Of a stretch of DNA of 64,000 nt, positions 26,276 through 35,584 are shown piece by piece. The stretch is taken from positions 1,276 through 65,275 of the forward strand of contig JBDOIE010000110.1 of NCBI GenBank assembly GCA_041082245.1. The letters run 5' to 3'. The translations under genes were made by a program, and so were the position numbers. The notes beneath the pieces are model-generated. The model saw only the letters and a list, made by a program, of their open reading frames with translations, searched no databases and was not told the DNA's origin. How positions within the stretch are numbered: position 1 is the stretch's first letter; every line of letters begins with the position of its first letter. Source of the stretch: Chloroflexia bacterium. GTDB taxonomy: Bacteria; Chloroflexota; Chloroflexia; DTKN01.

Positions 26276-27910
26276 CTACGGCTGGATCCACATCCGCTCG
26301 AAGAAGGGTCCGTACTCCGAGCGCGAGTAGAAGCCCTGGATGCGCGGGTTGTGCAGGTAGAAGGAGATACCGGTGAACAGTGGCACGTGTACTGCATCCT
26401 CCATCAGGATGTGCTCGATCTGCCGGTACAGCTCCAGCCGTTTCGCGCGGTCCTGTTCGGCCAGGGCCTGGCGTCCCAGCTCGTCCACCTTCGGGTTGGA
26501 GTAAAAGTCATAGTTGCTGCCCGCACCGCTCATATAGAGGTTGTTGATCAGGTCGGCGGGATCCGGCTGGATCATGTACCAGGAGTTCAGGAACAGTTCG
26601 GTCTCCCCGGCGACCATCATATCGTAGACCACCGTGTCGGAAGCCTGCTTGATCTCGATCTGGATACCGATCTGGCCCAGGTCCTGCTGGATGGCCTGCG
26701 CCACGGTCGATGCGAGCGGGTCCTCGCCGATCAGGAGCTCCAGGGTTAATCCTGTGGAAACGCCGGCCTCGGCCAGTTTCTGTTTGGCTGCCTCCGGGTC
26801 GTACGGATAGGGCTTGTAGTTGGGATCGTATCCCGGAGCGGTAGAGGGATAGATAGCATAGAGCGGTTCTCCCTTGCCGCCTGTCAGGCGGGCGATCTTT
26901 TCCCGGTCTATCGCCATGTTGAGCGCCTGGCGCAGGGCGAGGTTGTCAAGCGGCGGCTTGGTGTTGTTCACCCCAAGCCACCAGGTGTACATCGACGGCT
27001 CCCGGAAGAGCCACGACTCGTACTTCGGGTCGTTCACGATCCGGGCAAAGTCGGCGGCCGGGATCATATCCCCGAAGAGCACGTCCAGCTCTCCTTTTTC
27101 CAGGCGCAGAAGCGCGGTCGAGGGATCGACCCCGAAGTACATGATGGTCTCATCGATGTACGGCTGGCCCTCGTGGAAAAAGTCGGGGTTGCGCACAAAG
27201 ACGGCTTTCTCTCCAGGGACAAACTCTTTCAGTATGAAGGGGCCGGTCCCTACCGGATGCATCCCGAACTCTTTGCCCCATTTCTCCACCTCTTCCCGCG
27301 GCACTACCCAGTTGTTGGGCAGGGCAAGCACATTCAGGAAGGTCATATCCGGGGCGACCAGCTCTACGCGCAAGGTGTACTTGTCCAGTACCTTCACCCC
27401 GGCGAGCTCCTTGGTCTGCCCGTCGATGATCTCCTGGGCACCTTTGATGCTCAGGAGGTAGTAGTTGGCCCACGATTCCCACTCCGGGTCCAGGCACCGC
27501 TCCCAGGAGTACTTGAAGTCGGCCGCTTCGACCTCGCGGCCGTTGTGGAACTTGATGCCGGGCTTCAGGGTAAAGGTATAGACTGTGCCGTCAGCGCTGA
27601 TCTGGGGGAAATCGGCCGCCATATCGGGAACGGCACGATCCCCTTCGTAGATCATCAGGCCGCGGTACAGGTTCATCAGGCTCTGCCAGGCGGGAAGGTT
27701 GTAGCCCAGGATGGCGTCCATCGAGTTCGGGTCTTCTGTGAAGGCCAGCGTGACCGTGCCTCCCCGCACCGGGCCGGCCGGAGTGGGCGTTTCTGCCACG
27801 GCCGTCGGGGGCGGCGATGTGGGGGAGGGACGGCTGGGCCCACAGGCGGCCAGGGTAACCAGGAGCCATACGGCCACGACGAGCGCACCGATGCGCACCT
27901 TCTTTACCAT
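26276..27910 (-). CDS. ABC transporter substrate-binding lipoprotein, family 5 (peptide/nickel/opine type)
   Basis: MVKKVRIGALVVAVWLLVTLAACG. A lipobox, then the family-5 SBP fold. ATG (M7 of the ORF) after GAGGAGG. Confidence 0.85.
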   Translation of the reverse strand: MVKKVRIGALVVAVWLLVTLAACGPSRPSPTSPPPTAVAETPTPAGPVRGGTVTLAFTEDPNSMDAILGYNLPAWQSLMNLYRGLMIYEGDRAVPDMAADFPQISADGTVYTFTLKPGIKFHNGREVEAADFKYSWERCLDPEWESWANYYLLSIKGAQEIIDGQTKELAGVKVLDKYTLRVELVAPDMTFLNVLALPNNWVVPREEVEKWGKEFGMHPVGTGPFILKEFVPGEKAVFVRNPDFFHEGQPYIDETIMYFGVDPSTALLRLEKGELDVLFGDMIPAADFARIVNDPKYESWLFREPSMYTWWLGVNNTKPPLDNLALRQALNMAIDREKIARLTGGKGEPLYAIYPSTAPGYDPNYKPYPYDPEAAKQKLAEAGVSTGLTLELLIGEDPLASTVAQAIQQDLGQIGIQIEIKQASDTVVYDMMVAGETELFLNSWYMIQPDPADLINNLYMSGAGSNYDFYSNPKVDELGRQALAEQDRAKRLELYRQIEHILMEDAVHVPLFTGISFYLHNPRIQGFYSRSEYGPFFERMWIQP

Positions 27911-27976
27911 CGCAGACCTCCTCGGCACTCCTTGCCGGGGACCTTGCCCCGAATCCGGTGCAACTGCTCTCTTGCG

Positions 27977-29251
27977 TTAAGGCCTCCTTTCCTGCGGACC
28001 TCCCGGCTGCCTTCCCTGTGCTCCTCCGGGGCAGGTGTGCGCGGTCGCGATCAGCGTGTCGATCAGGCGGGGATTCGTATCCAGGGGGAACGGGCTTCCG
28101 GTGCTGACGACGAACCCACGTGCCCGCGCGCCGATCGCCGCCTGTCTCCGGACCTCGGCAGCCATCTCCTCCAGCGTGGCGTGCAGACCGAAGCGGATGG
28201 CGTCGATGTTGCCAAAGACTGTCACGCGATCGCCCACCCGTTCGACCACATCCTCCAAGTCGATGCGGAACGACTTCTTGCTCTCCTCCACGGCGACAGC
28301 GTCGATTTCCAATTGGGCGATACGCTCCAGCCGCGGGATCACATCGCCGCACACGTAATGGATGGAGAGCAATCCCAGGCGGCGCATATGCTGGAAATAG
28401 GGCCGGTTGTAGGCAAACACGAATTCGTCGTAACTGCGGGGCGAAATCACATCCGCCCCGGTGAACACTTCTTCCACGTAAACCCCGTGGATACCGGCTT
28501 TGGCCCACGCTGCCATGACCTCCATGGTCTGGCGCAGCTTGCGCTCCAGGAGGTAATGAAGCAGGTCAGGGTTGTCGTGCTGGATCAGCATCAACCCCTG
28601 GAACCCCAGCAGGTCGTACGCATCGGAGAACGGGGTGTCCAGCACGGTGGAAAGAAAGTAGCGGTCTCCGTATTCGCTGACGATGAGGCGCGGAAGGTCC
28701 CAGTCACCCCGGGCCAAAAGTTGCTCGCAATCCAGGATCGGAAGCCGTGCGTCCACGTCCTCCGGACCGCACAGTTGGTCGGAGAGATCCCAAAGGTCGC
28801 TCTGCGAGGCGTTGGGCGGGGCCAGGACCGCATCGCCGGTGGGGATGGGAACCTGATCCATCGGTACCTGCATCCCGGTTTCGCGGTCGCGGTAGCAGAG
28901 CATACCGTCACCAAGCTGCACGATCTCCGTGCGCTCGGCCCAGGCGCGGCTTGCTCCCCGGTGGATCTCCATCCAATCCGGCCGCACCTTGAAGATGCCG
29001 TAGGACTGGTAGATCGCCTCGGCCCGCAGGCGGGTGTCTTCTTCGTGGTCGATCGGGTAGACGGATCGGCCGCGCATGCGGCGCCGGTACAGTTCGATGT
29101 AGTAGGCACGCTCGAAATCCGCAAGGAACAGGCTCAGGTAAGCGGGCGCTGCCGGAAGGACGTCGACCTGATCGCCGCGCAGCGCGCGACGCATCCGCTC
29201 AACGGGGGCAAGGTTGTCCGTCTCCCCAGGCTCTATATCCGCCATGGGCAT
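27977..29251 (-). CDS. uroporphyrinogen decarboxylase (URO-D) family protein, MtaA/MtbA-like methylcorrinoid methyltransferase candidate
   Basis: MPMADIEPGETDNLAPVERMRRALRGDQVDVLPAAPAYLS... URO-D TIM-barrel family. ATG (M66 of the ORF) after AAGGAGGAG. The ORF's first 65 aa are treated as spurious. Confidence 0.7.
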   Translation of the reverse strand: MPMADIEPGETDNLAPVERMRRALRGDQVDVLPAAPAYLSLFLADFERAYYIELYRRRMRGRSVYPIDHEEDTRLRAEAIYQSYGIFKVRPDWMEIHRGASRAWAERTEIVQLGDGMLCYRDRETGMQVPMDQVPIPTGDAVLAPPNASQSDLWDLSDQLCGPEDVDARLPILDCEQLLARGDWDLPRLIVSEYGDRYFLSTVLDTPFSDAYDLLGFQGLMLIQHDNPDLLHYLLERKLRQTMEVMAAWAKAGIHGVYVEEVFTGADVISPRSYDEFVFAYNRPYFQHMRRLGLLSIHYVCGDVIPRLERIAQLEIDAVAVEESKKSFRIDLEDVVERVGDRVTVFGNIDAIRFGLHATLEEMAAEVRRQAAIGARARGFVVSTGSPFPLDTNPRLIDTLIATAHTCPGGAQGRQPGGPQERRP

Positions 29252-29463
29252 CGTGGGCTCCTCCTTCTTACGAAGCCGCCGATGACTTGGGAAAGCGCTG
29301 CCCGAGAAGGCAACGCGGACGAGAGGTCTGGAAAGTCGCGTTCCGATAAAAGTATAGCACTCGGGGAAACCCCTGTCAATGGTTGCGGGACGCCTGAGCT
29401 TGTAGTACAATACGGGCGGTCTGCCCCTGAGGGCATATACAATCATCCTTTAGGGAGGCATCG

Positions 29464-31554
29464 ATGCTGGAAGCCTTCTTCAATCCCCGCAGCGTGGCGG
29501 TGATCGGAGCCTCGGCCACCCCCGGCAAGATGGGCTATATCCTGATGGACAATCTCATCCGCGGCGGGTACAAGGGAAAGATCTACCCGATCAACCCGAA
29601 AGGCGGCGAGATCCTGGGGTATCCCGCCTACCCGACCATCGGCGATGTCCCCGGACCAGTGGACCTCGCGGTCATCGTGATCCCTGCGCCGGCCATCCCG
29701 GATGTGGTGGACGAGTGCGGCCGCAAGGGTGTCCAGGGGTTGCTCATCATCTCTGCCGGATTTCGGGAAACGGGCCCCGAGGGCGCACGGCGCGAGCGCG
29801 AGGTGGTGACGCGGGCCCGGAAGTATGGGATGCGCATCCTGGGGCCCAATGTACTTGGGCTGATCGACACGATTTCGTGTCTGAACGCCACGTTTGCCAC
29901 CACGATGGCCAAGCGCGGCGAGATCGCGTTCTTTTCGCAGTCCGGCGCCCTCGGCTCGGCCATCCTCGACTGGTCGCGTGAGGAGGAGATCGGGTTCTCC
30001 CATTTCGTCTCGCTCGGCAACAAGGCGGACATCAACGAGATCGACCTGCTCGAGGCGTGGGAAGATGACCCGCATTCCAAGGTGATCCTCGCGTACCTGG
30101 AGGGGATCAGTGACGGCGTGCGCTTCATGGAAGTCGCGCGCCGCGTCACCCGCAAGCGCCCGGTGATCGCGATCAAGTCGGGGACCACCGCGGCCGGCAC
30201 GCGCGCGATCTCTTCGCACACCGGGAGCCTGGCAGGTTCGGAAAAAGCGTACGAGGCCGCGTTCCGCCAAACCGGGATCATCCGTGCCCAGTCGGTCCAG
30301 GACCTGTTCGACTTTGCCGAGATCTTTGCCTACCAGCCGATGCTCCGGGGGAACCGGATCGCCATTGTCACCAACGCCGGAGGTCCGGGCATCCTGGCCA
30401 CCGATGCCCTCGAACGGGTGGGGTTGACCCTGGCCCATTTTGCGCGGGAGACCATCGAGGCCATGGCGCCGCACCTTCCGGAGACGGCCAACCTGTACAA
30501 CCCGGTGGATGTGATCGGAGATGCCCGCTCGGACCGCTACCGGGCGGCTCTGACCGCGGTGCTGCGCGATCCCGGGGTGGACGGTGTGGTCGTGCTGCTG
30601 ACCCCCCAGGCAATGACCGACGTGCTGGATATTGCCCAGACGGTGCTCGAGATCGCCAGGGCGTACGACAAACCGGTCGTGACCTCGTTCATCGGGGGAG
30701 AGGTAGTCGAACCCGCGGTTCGCCTTTTCCGGCAGAACCGGATCCCGACCTATCCTTTCCCCGAACGCGCCGTGATGGCGCTGGGAGCGATGGAAGCTTA
30801 CCGGCGGTGGCTGGAGCGTCCCCCCCAGCGGTTGGTTACACTACCCGTAGATCGCGAGCGGGTCCGCGGCATCTTTGCACGGGCCCGGCAGGAAGGTCGG
30901 CTGAACCTGGGGGAGGTAGAGGCACGCGAGGTGATGGAGGCCTACGGGCTGCGTGTGCCCAAGGCGGAACTGGCTCGTTCTGCCGACGAAGCGGTGCGGA
31001 TCGCCAGCGAGATCGGCTATCCCGTGGTGATGAAGATCGCCTCCCCCGACATCCTCCACAAGTCGGATATCGGCGCGGTCAAGCTGGGCCTCTCGACCCC
31101 AACCGACGTCCGCGATGCTTACGAGCTGATCGAGTACCGCGCCCGGCGCCACCACCCGGACGCCGACATCTGGGGCGTGCTCGTACAGCAGATGATCCGC
31201 GGCGGAAAAGAGGTCATCATCGGGATGAGCCGCGATCCACAGTTCGGTCCTATGTTGATGTTCGGACTCGGCGGCATTTACGTTGAAGTGATGAAGGACG
31301 TGGTCTTCCAGATCGCGCCGATCGACCGCACCGAAGCGCGGGAAATGGTCGAGGGGATCCGTTCCTACCCGCTTCTCAAGGGGGTGCGCGGTGAACCTCC
31401 CGCGGACATCGACGCGATCATCGATACCCTCCTGCGCGTTTCACAGCTGGTGACCGATTTCCCCGAGATTGTGGAAATGGACGTGAATCCGCTTATCGTC
31501 CATGAGAACGGACAGGGGGCCACCGTGCTGGACGCGCGCATCATCCTGCAGTAG
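29464..31554 (+). CDS. acetate--CoA ligase (ADP-forming), fused alpha/beta subunits (NDP-forming acyl-CoA synthetase)
   Basis: MLEAFFNPRSVAVIGASATPGKMGYILMDNLI... CoA-binding domain, then a succinyl-CoA-synthetase-like flavodoxin domain, then a C-terminal ATP-grasp (..GYPVVMKIASPDILHKSDIGAVKLG..). Confidence 0.85.
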   Translation: MLEAFFNPRSVAVIGASATPGKMGYILMDNLIRGGYKGKIYPINPKGGEILGYPAYPTIGDVPGPVDLAVIVIPAPAIPDVVDECGRKGVQGLLIISAGFRETGPEGARREREVVTRARKYGMRILGPNVLGLIDTISCLNATFATTMAKRGEIAFFSQSGALGSAILDWSREEEIGFSHFVSLGNKADINEIDLLEAWEDDPHSKVILAYLEGISDGVRFMEVARRVTRKRPVIAIKSGTTAAGTRAISSHTGSLAGSEKAYEAAFRQTGIIRAQSVQDLFDFAEIFAYQPMLRGNRIAIVTNAGGPGILATDALERVGLTLAHFARETIEAMAPHLPETANLYNPVDVIGDARSDRYRAALTAVLRDPGVDGVVVLLTPQAMTDVLDIAQTVLEIARAYDKPVVTSFIGGEVVEPAVRLFRQNRIPTYPFPERAVMALGAMEAYRRWLERPPQRLVTLPVDRERVRGIFARARQEGRLNLGEVEAREVMEAYGLRVPKAELARSADEAVRIASEIGYPVVMKIASPDILHKSDIGAVKLGLSTPTDVRDAYELIEYRARRHHPDADIWGVLVQQMIRGGKEVIIGMSRDPQFGPMLMFGLGGIYVEVMKDVVFQIAPIDRTEAREMVEGIRSYPLLKGVRGEPPADIDAIIDTLLRVSQLVTDFPEIVEMDVNPLIVHENGQGATVLDARIILQ

Positions 31555-31574
31555 TGAGAGGTGAGGGAACGGCC

Positions 31575-32267
31575 ATGCCAACCGGAGTCCACTTGACAGC
31601 CTGGACGGCGATCGGACTGGGGGCGGTGCTGTTCTTCTCGCTGTTGGTGAGAGGCGCTCAGGCGCTTCTGCGCCGTCTGCAGCCGATGAACGTCTGGGCG
31701 CGCTACGCGGAGGAATCGAGCCCTTACCGGCGCCGGCGTGGACACACCCTGGGCTGTCTGGGAGCGCTGCTCCTGTTCGTGGGGGGTGTGCTGCTGCTGG
31801 GCGCTGGCTGGGGGCTTCTGGCACTCGATCGGGCGCTCGAGGCCTACGCTCCGCTTCCGACCGATGGGGTGGTGGCGAGCCTCCGCTGCTGGCCGGGCGC
31901 GGAGGAACCTCCGGGAACGATGGGGTGCGCTCTAACAGTAGAACATCCGGCCTACAGCGAGACCCTTTCCCTGCGCGGAAGCCGGTGGGGGCTGGAAGCG
32001 GAGGTGCTGGTGTGGGACCCGGCACTCGAACAGTTCGGGCTGCGCTCCGGTGTGCGCCTGATCCGTGTGCTCGGGCTGAGTACGGATGGGGAAACGCTCG
32101 ATCAGGCCCTGCTTCCCACATCTTCCGGCGGGTTGGACGCGCGCTGGCTGCGGCCGGCCGGCCGACTGCTCTTTTACCAGCGGCAGCTCCTGCAGGGAGA
32201 GGTAGTCCCCGATCGCTTCTACGAGGTCACCGTCTCCCGCAGCGGTCTTGCTGTGCGCTCGTGGTGA
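31575..32267 (+). CDS. hypothetical membrane protein
   Basis: MPTGVHLTAWTAIGLGAVLFFSLLV... plus a second TM CLGALLLFVGGVLLLGAGWGLLAL. No family recognised. ATG after GAGGTGAGGG; alternative GTG at 31554. Confidence 0.45.
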   Translation: MPTGVHLTAWTAIGLGAVLFFSLLVRGAQALLRRLQPMNVWARYAEESSPYRRRRGHTLGCLGALLLFVGGVLLLGAGWGLLALDRALEAYAPLPTDGVVASLRCWPGAEEPPGTMGCALTVEHPAYSETLSLRGSRWGLEAEVLVWDPALEQFGLRSGVRLIRVLGLSTDGETLDQALLPTSSGGLDARWLRPAGRLLFYQRQLLQGEVVPDRFYEVTVSRSGLAVRSW

Positions 32268-32289
32268 TCTGATGCTTCAGGAGGAGCCC

Positions 32290-33369
32290 ATGGAAACGGT
32301 ACTGGTGGTCTCGGCAGAGACCTTCTCAGGGAAAAGCGCCGTCTGCATCACCCTGGGCCAGCGCCTCCGACGCGACGGCTACCGGGTGGGCTATATGAAG
32401 CCGATCTGCGTGCGCGTGCGCCGCGCCGAGGAGGCGGCTTACGACGAGGACACGGCCTTTGTCAAGCAGGTTTTCGAGCTGGAAGAGCCTCTGGATGTGC
32501 TCTCCCCGGTCCTCCTGACCCCCCGGCTGGTAGAAGGTGTCCTGAAGGGGGAAGAGCAGCCCGACTACGGCGCGCGCGTCCAGGAAGCGTTTCGCACCGC
32601 CTCTCAGGGCAAGGACTTGATGCTCCTGGAAGGCCCCAACGACTGGTCGGAGGGGACGATCGTGGGCTTGCCCGCGGCCCGGGTGGCCGACCTCTTCGGA
32701 GCGCGAGTGCTGATGGTCTCGAATTTTCGCTCTTCGCTCGAGGTCGACAACATCCTCGCGCTGCGCGAGGCGATGGCCGGGCGGGAGTTCCTGGGTGTGG
32801 TACTGAACAACGTGCCCCGTGCGCGCACGGACCTGGCGGAACGACTCGTACGGCCGTTCCTAGAGAAGCAGGGCATCCCGGTGCTGGGCGTGTTGCCCCA
32901 GGACCCGCTCCTTTGCTCCGTGAGCGTAGCCGAACTGGCGGAACAGCTGAACGCCGAGATCCTCTGCTGCCCGGATCGGGCCGAAGAGCTCGTGGAAACG
33001 CTTATGGTCGGCGCGATGAGCGTCGACAGTGCCCTATCGTACTTCCGCCGTCAGGCGAACAAAGCGGTGGTTACGGGCGGTGACCGGGTGGATATCCAGC
33101 TCGCGGCCCTGGAGACCCCCACGACCTGCCTCATCCTCACCGGAAACCTGCGCCCGAACCCCCTGATCGTCGCACGGGCGGAGGAACAGTGCGTCCCGAT
33201 CCTGCTGGTGGCCACGGATACGATGACCACCGTGCGCCGCGCCGAGGAACTGTTCGGACGGGCACGTTTCCGCCAGACGAGCAAGATCGAGCGCTTCGAA
33301 TCGCTGCTCGAGGCACGGTTCGACTTTGCGCGGTTCTACGGGGCGCTGGGGTTGAAAGCACGGGCGTGA
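32290..33369 (+). CDS. phosphotransacetylase-N-terminal-like protein (CobQ/AAA-like domain + DRTGG domain)
   Basis: METVLVVSAETFSGKSAVCITLGQRL... P-loop-like. ...KAVVTGGDRVDIQLAALETPTTCLILTGNLRP... is the DRTGG motif region. ATG after CAGGAGGAG. Confidence 0.7.
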   Translation: METVLVVSAETFSGKSAVCITLGQRLRRDGYRVGYMKPICVRVRRAEEAAYDEDTAFVKQVFELEEPLDVLSPVLLTPRLVEGVLKGEEQPDYGARVQEAFRTASQGKDLMLLEGPNDWSEGTIVGLPAARVADLFGARVLMVSNFRSSLEVDNILALREAMAGREFLGVVLNNVPRARTDLAERLVRPFLEKQGIPVLGVLPQDPLLCSVSVAELAEQLNAEILCCPDRAEELVETLMVGAMSVDSALSYFRRQANKAVVTGGDRVDIQLAALETPTTCLILTGNLRPNPLIVARAEEQCVPILLVATDTMTTVRRAEELFGRARFRQTSKIERFESLLEARFDFARFYGALGLKARA

Positions 33370-33378
33370 GGAGGCAGG

Positions 33379-34761
33379 ATGGAGAGCGCTTTTCGCGCCC
33401 TGCCGGCCGTGGATCGGGTGCTCCAGGAGCTGCGGACGCTCCCGGAAGCAGGGGCATATCCGCACGCCCTGACGGTAGAGGCGATCCGGCTCACGCTGGA
33501 TGATGCGCGCCGCGCGATCGCTGCCGGTGAGGTCATACCTTCTTTGGCTGAACTGTGCAACCGGGCAATGGCACGGCTGCGCACATGGCTGGAACCCACC
33601 CTCCGCCCCGCGATCAACGCGAGCGGGGTGATCCTGCACACGAACCTGGGTCGGGCGCCGCTGAGCCGCGCGGCGCTGGAGGCGGTGCGGCGGGTGGGCG
33701 AGGGGTATTGCAACCTGGAGTACGACCTGGAGGCCGGCCGTCGGGGTTCCCGCCATGAGCACGCCCGGAGGTTGCTCTGCCGACTGACGGGTGCCGAGTC
33801 GGCACTCGCAGTGAACAACAACGCTTCCGCTGTATTGCTTGCCCTGTCCGCGCTCGCGCGCGGCCGTGAGGTGATCGTGTCCCGGGGGCAGGCGGTGGAA
33901 ATCGGCGGCGGCTTTCGCATCCCCGAGGTCCTCCAGCAGAGCGGCGCCCAGCTCGTGGAGGTCGGCACGACGAACCGTACCTACCTGCGCGATTACGAGG
34001 CGGCCATCACCCCGCAGACCGCAGCCCTGCTGCGCGTGCACCGGAGCAACTTTGCCCTGATCGGCTTCGTGGAGGACGTCGCGCTGGCCGACCTGGTGGC
34101 GCTCGCGCATCGCCACGGCCTGATCGTGATCGACGATCTGGGGAGCGGTACGCTGCTAGACACGACCCGTTTCGGTTTGGCCCACGAACCAACGGTTACC
34201 GAGAGCGTGCAGGCAGGGGCCGACGTAGTCTGCTTCAGCGGCGATAAACTGCTCGGCGGCCCCCAGGCCGGCCTGGTCGTGGGCCGTGCGGAGTGGATTG
34301 CCCGGATGGAGCGCCATCCGCTGGCCCGTGCGGTGCGGCTCGACAAGATGGCCCTGGCTGCCCTGGAAGCGACCCTCCTGCACTACCTGCGCGAGGAGGC
34401 GCTGCGCGAAATCCCGATCTGGCGCATGATTTCCGAGCCGGCCGCGCACGTACGTCGCCGTGCCCGGCGCTGGCAGCGCGCCCTGGCTGCGGCAGGATTG
34501 CGCGCAAGCGTCGTCCCGTCCGAGACGGCGGTTGGAGGCGGTTCCCTCCCGGGGCAAACGCTGCCCACTTGGGCGGTGGAAGTCGCCTGGGACGGCCCGG
34601 CGGAGGAGGCGGCCCGGAAGCTGCGGGAAGGAGAACCTCCGATCGTGCCGCGTATCGAGGGGGAGCGGTTGCTCCTCGACCCGCGTACTGTGCTTCCGGA
34701 ACAGGAGGCAGTGTTACTGCGCGAGGTCGTCGCCCGGCTGAGCGGCACCCGCCTCGCTTGA
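33379..34761 (+). CDS. selA: L-seryl-tRNA(Sec) selenium transferase
   Basis: MESAFRALPAVDRVLQEL...INASGVILHTNLGRAPL...VVCFSGDKLLGGPQAGLVVG. The SelA PLP-lysine motif FSGDKLLGGPQAG. GTGAGGAGG RBS. Confidence 0.9.
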   Translation: MESAFRALPAVDRVLQELRTLPEAGAYPHALTVEAIRLTLDDARRAIAAGEVIPSLAELCNRAMARLRTWLEPTLRPAINASGVILHTNLGRAPLSRAALEAVRRVGEGYCNLEYDLEAGRRGSRHEHARRLLCRLTGAESALAVNNNASAVLLALSALARGREVIVSRGQAVEIGGGFRIPEVLQQSGAQLVEVGTTNRTYLRDYEAAITPQTAALLRVHRSNFALIGFVEDVALADLVALAHRHGLIVIDDLGSGTLLDTTRFGLAHEPTVTESVQAGADVVCFSGDKLLGGPQAGLVVGRAEWIARMERHPLARAVRLDKMALAALEATLLHYLREEALREIPIWRMISEPAAHVRRRARRWQRALAAAGLRASVVPSETAVGGGSLPGQTLPTWAVEVAWDGPAEEAARKLREGEPPIVPRIEGERLLLDPRTVLPEQEAVLLREVVARLSGTRLA

Positions 34762-34800
34762 GGCGGGTGCCTGTATCTGTGGGGCGAAAAGGAGGCGGAA

Positions 34801-35337
34801 GTGGCCGAGACCCGATCGGTGAGCGAGATCTTGAGCCGCGCACAACAAGCGGTGCGCGAAAAACGGCGCGAGGCAGCGCGGGAGCTGCTGCTGCAGGCGA
34901 TCGAGATCGACGAATGGAACGAGCAGGCATGGCTCTGGCTCAGCGCGGTGGTGGACGACCCGCGCGACATGCAGGTGGCACTGGCCAACGCGCTCACCAT
35001 CAACCCGAATAACGACCAGGCGCGGAAAGGGTTGGAGCTCCTGCGCCAGCGGTATGGGAACCTCCTTACCCCCGAAGAGGAACCGCCCGCACCCGGCGCG
35101 GTGTCGCGCGCCGAGCCCGAACATAGAGAAGAAGAGACAGGTCGGGTGCTCCTCTGCTACCGTTGCCAGGCCGAAGTCTACGACGTCGCGGACTACTGCT
35201 GGAACTGCCACGCGGTAGTCCACTGCTGCCAGAACTGCGTGTACCTCCGGGAGACGGCCTGCAAAGAGCGGATGGGCATACGCGGTCCGGCAGCCAGCAT
35301 CACACGGAACAGCTGCCCCGATTGGACGCCGCGCTAG
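34801..35337 (+). CDS. hypothetical protein with TPR-like N-terminus and Cys-rich zinc-ribbon-like C-terminus
   Basis: GTG after AAAAGGAGG. ...EIDEWNEQAWLWLSAVVDDPRDMQVALANALTINPNNDQARKGL... then CYRCQAEVYDVADYCWNCHAVVHCCQNC. Confidence 0.5.
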   Translation: MAETRSVSEILSRAQQAVREKRREAARELLLQAIEIDEWNEQAWLWLSAVVDDPRDMQVALANALTINPNNDQARKGLELLRQRYGNLLTPEEEPPAPGAVSRAEPEHREEETGRVLLCYRCQAEVYDVADYCWNCHAVVHCCQNCVYLRETACKERMGIRGPAASITRNSCPDWTPR

Positions 35338-35584
35338 GAGCATTGCGCTCGCTCCCCGGTTCTTCCTGCGGGTCGTACCCCACCAGGAAGTGGTGTCGCT
35401 GCACGTGGGGTGCGGCGCGTACCTGGACTGTCCGGTGCGGCACGCACTCCTCGCGGTGTACCAGGCACAGGTTCGGCCGCCTTCCGAAGCGCAGGATGTA
35501 GCGCTCCACTGCCTCGTCGATCTTGGCCTCGACTGGCTTCTTCGGATTGTCGTCGAACCATCCCAGGTATACTCCCTCCTTCAT
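35300..35584 (-). CDS. hypothetical small protein (94 aa)
   Basis: MKEGVYLGWFDDNPKKPVEAKIDEAVERYILRFGRRPNLCLVHREECVPHR... ATG after GGAGGAGGAACT. It is the C-terminal part of ORF 35300..36010, whose upstream 142 aa are spurious. Confidence 0.45.
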   Translation of the reverse strand: MKEGVYLGWFDDNPKKPVEAKIDEAVERYILRFGRRPNLCLVHREECVPHRTVQVRAAPHVQRHHFLVGYDPQEEPGSERNAPSAASNRGSCSV

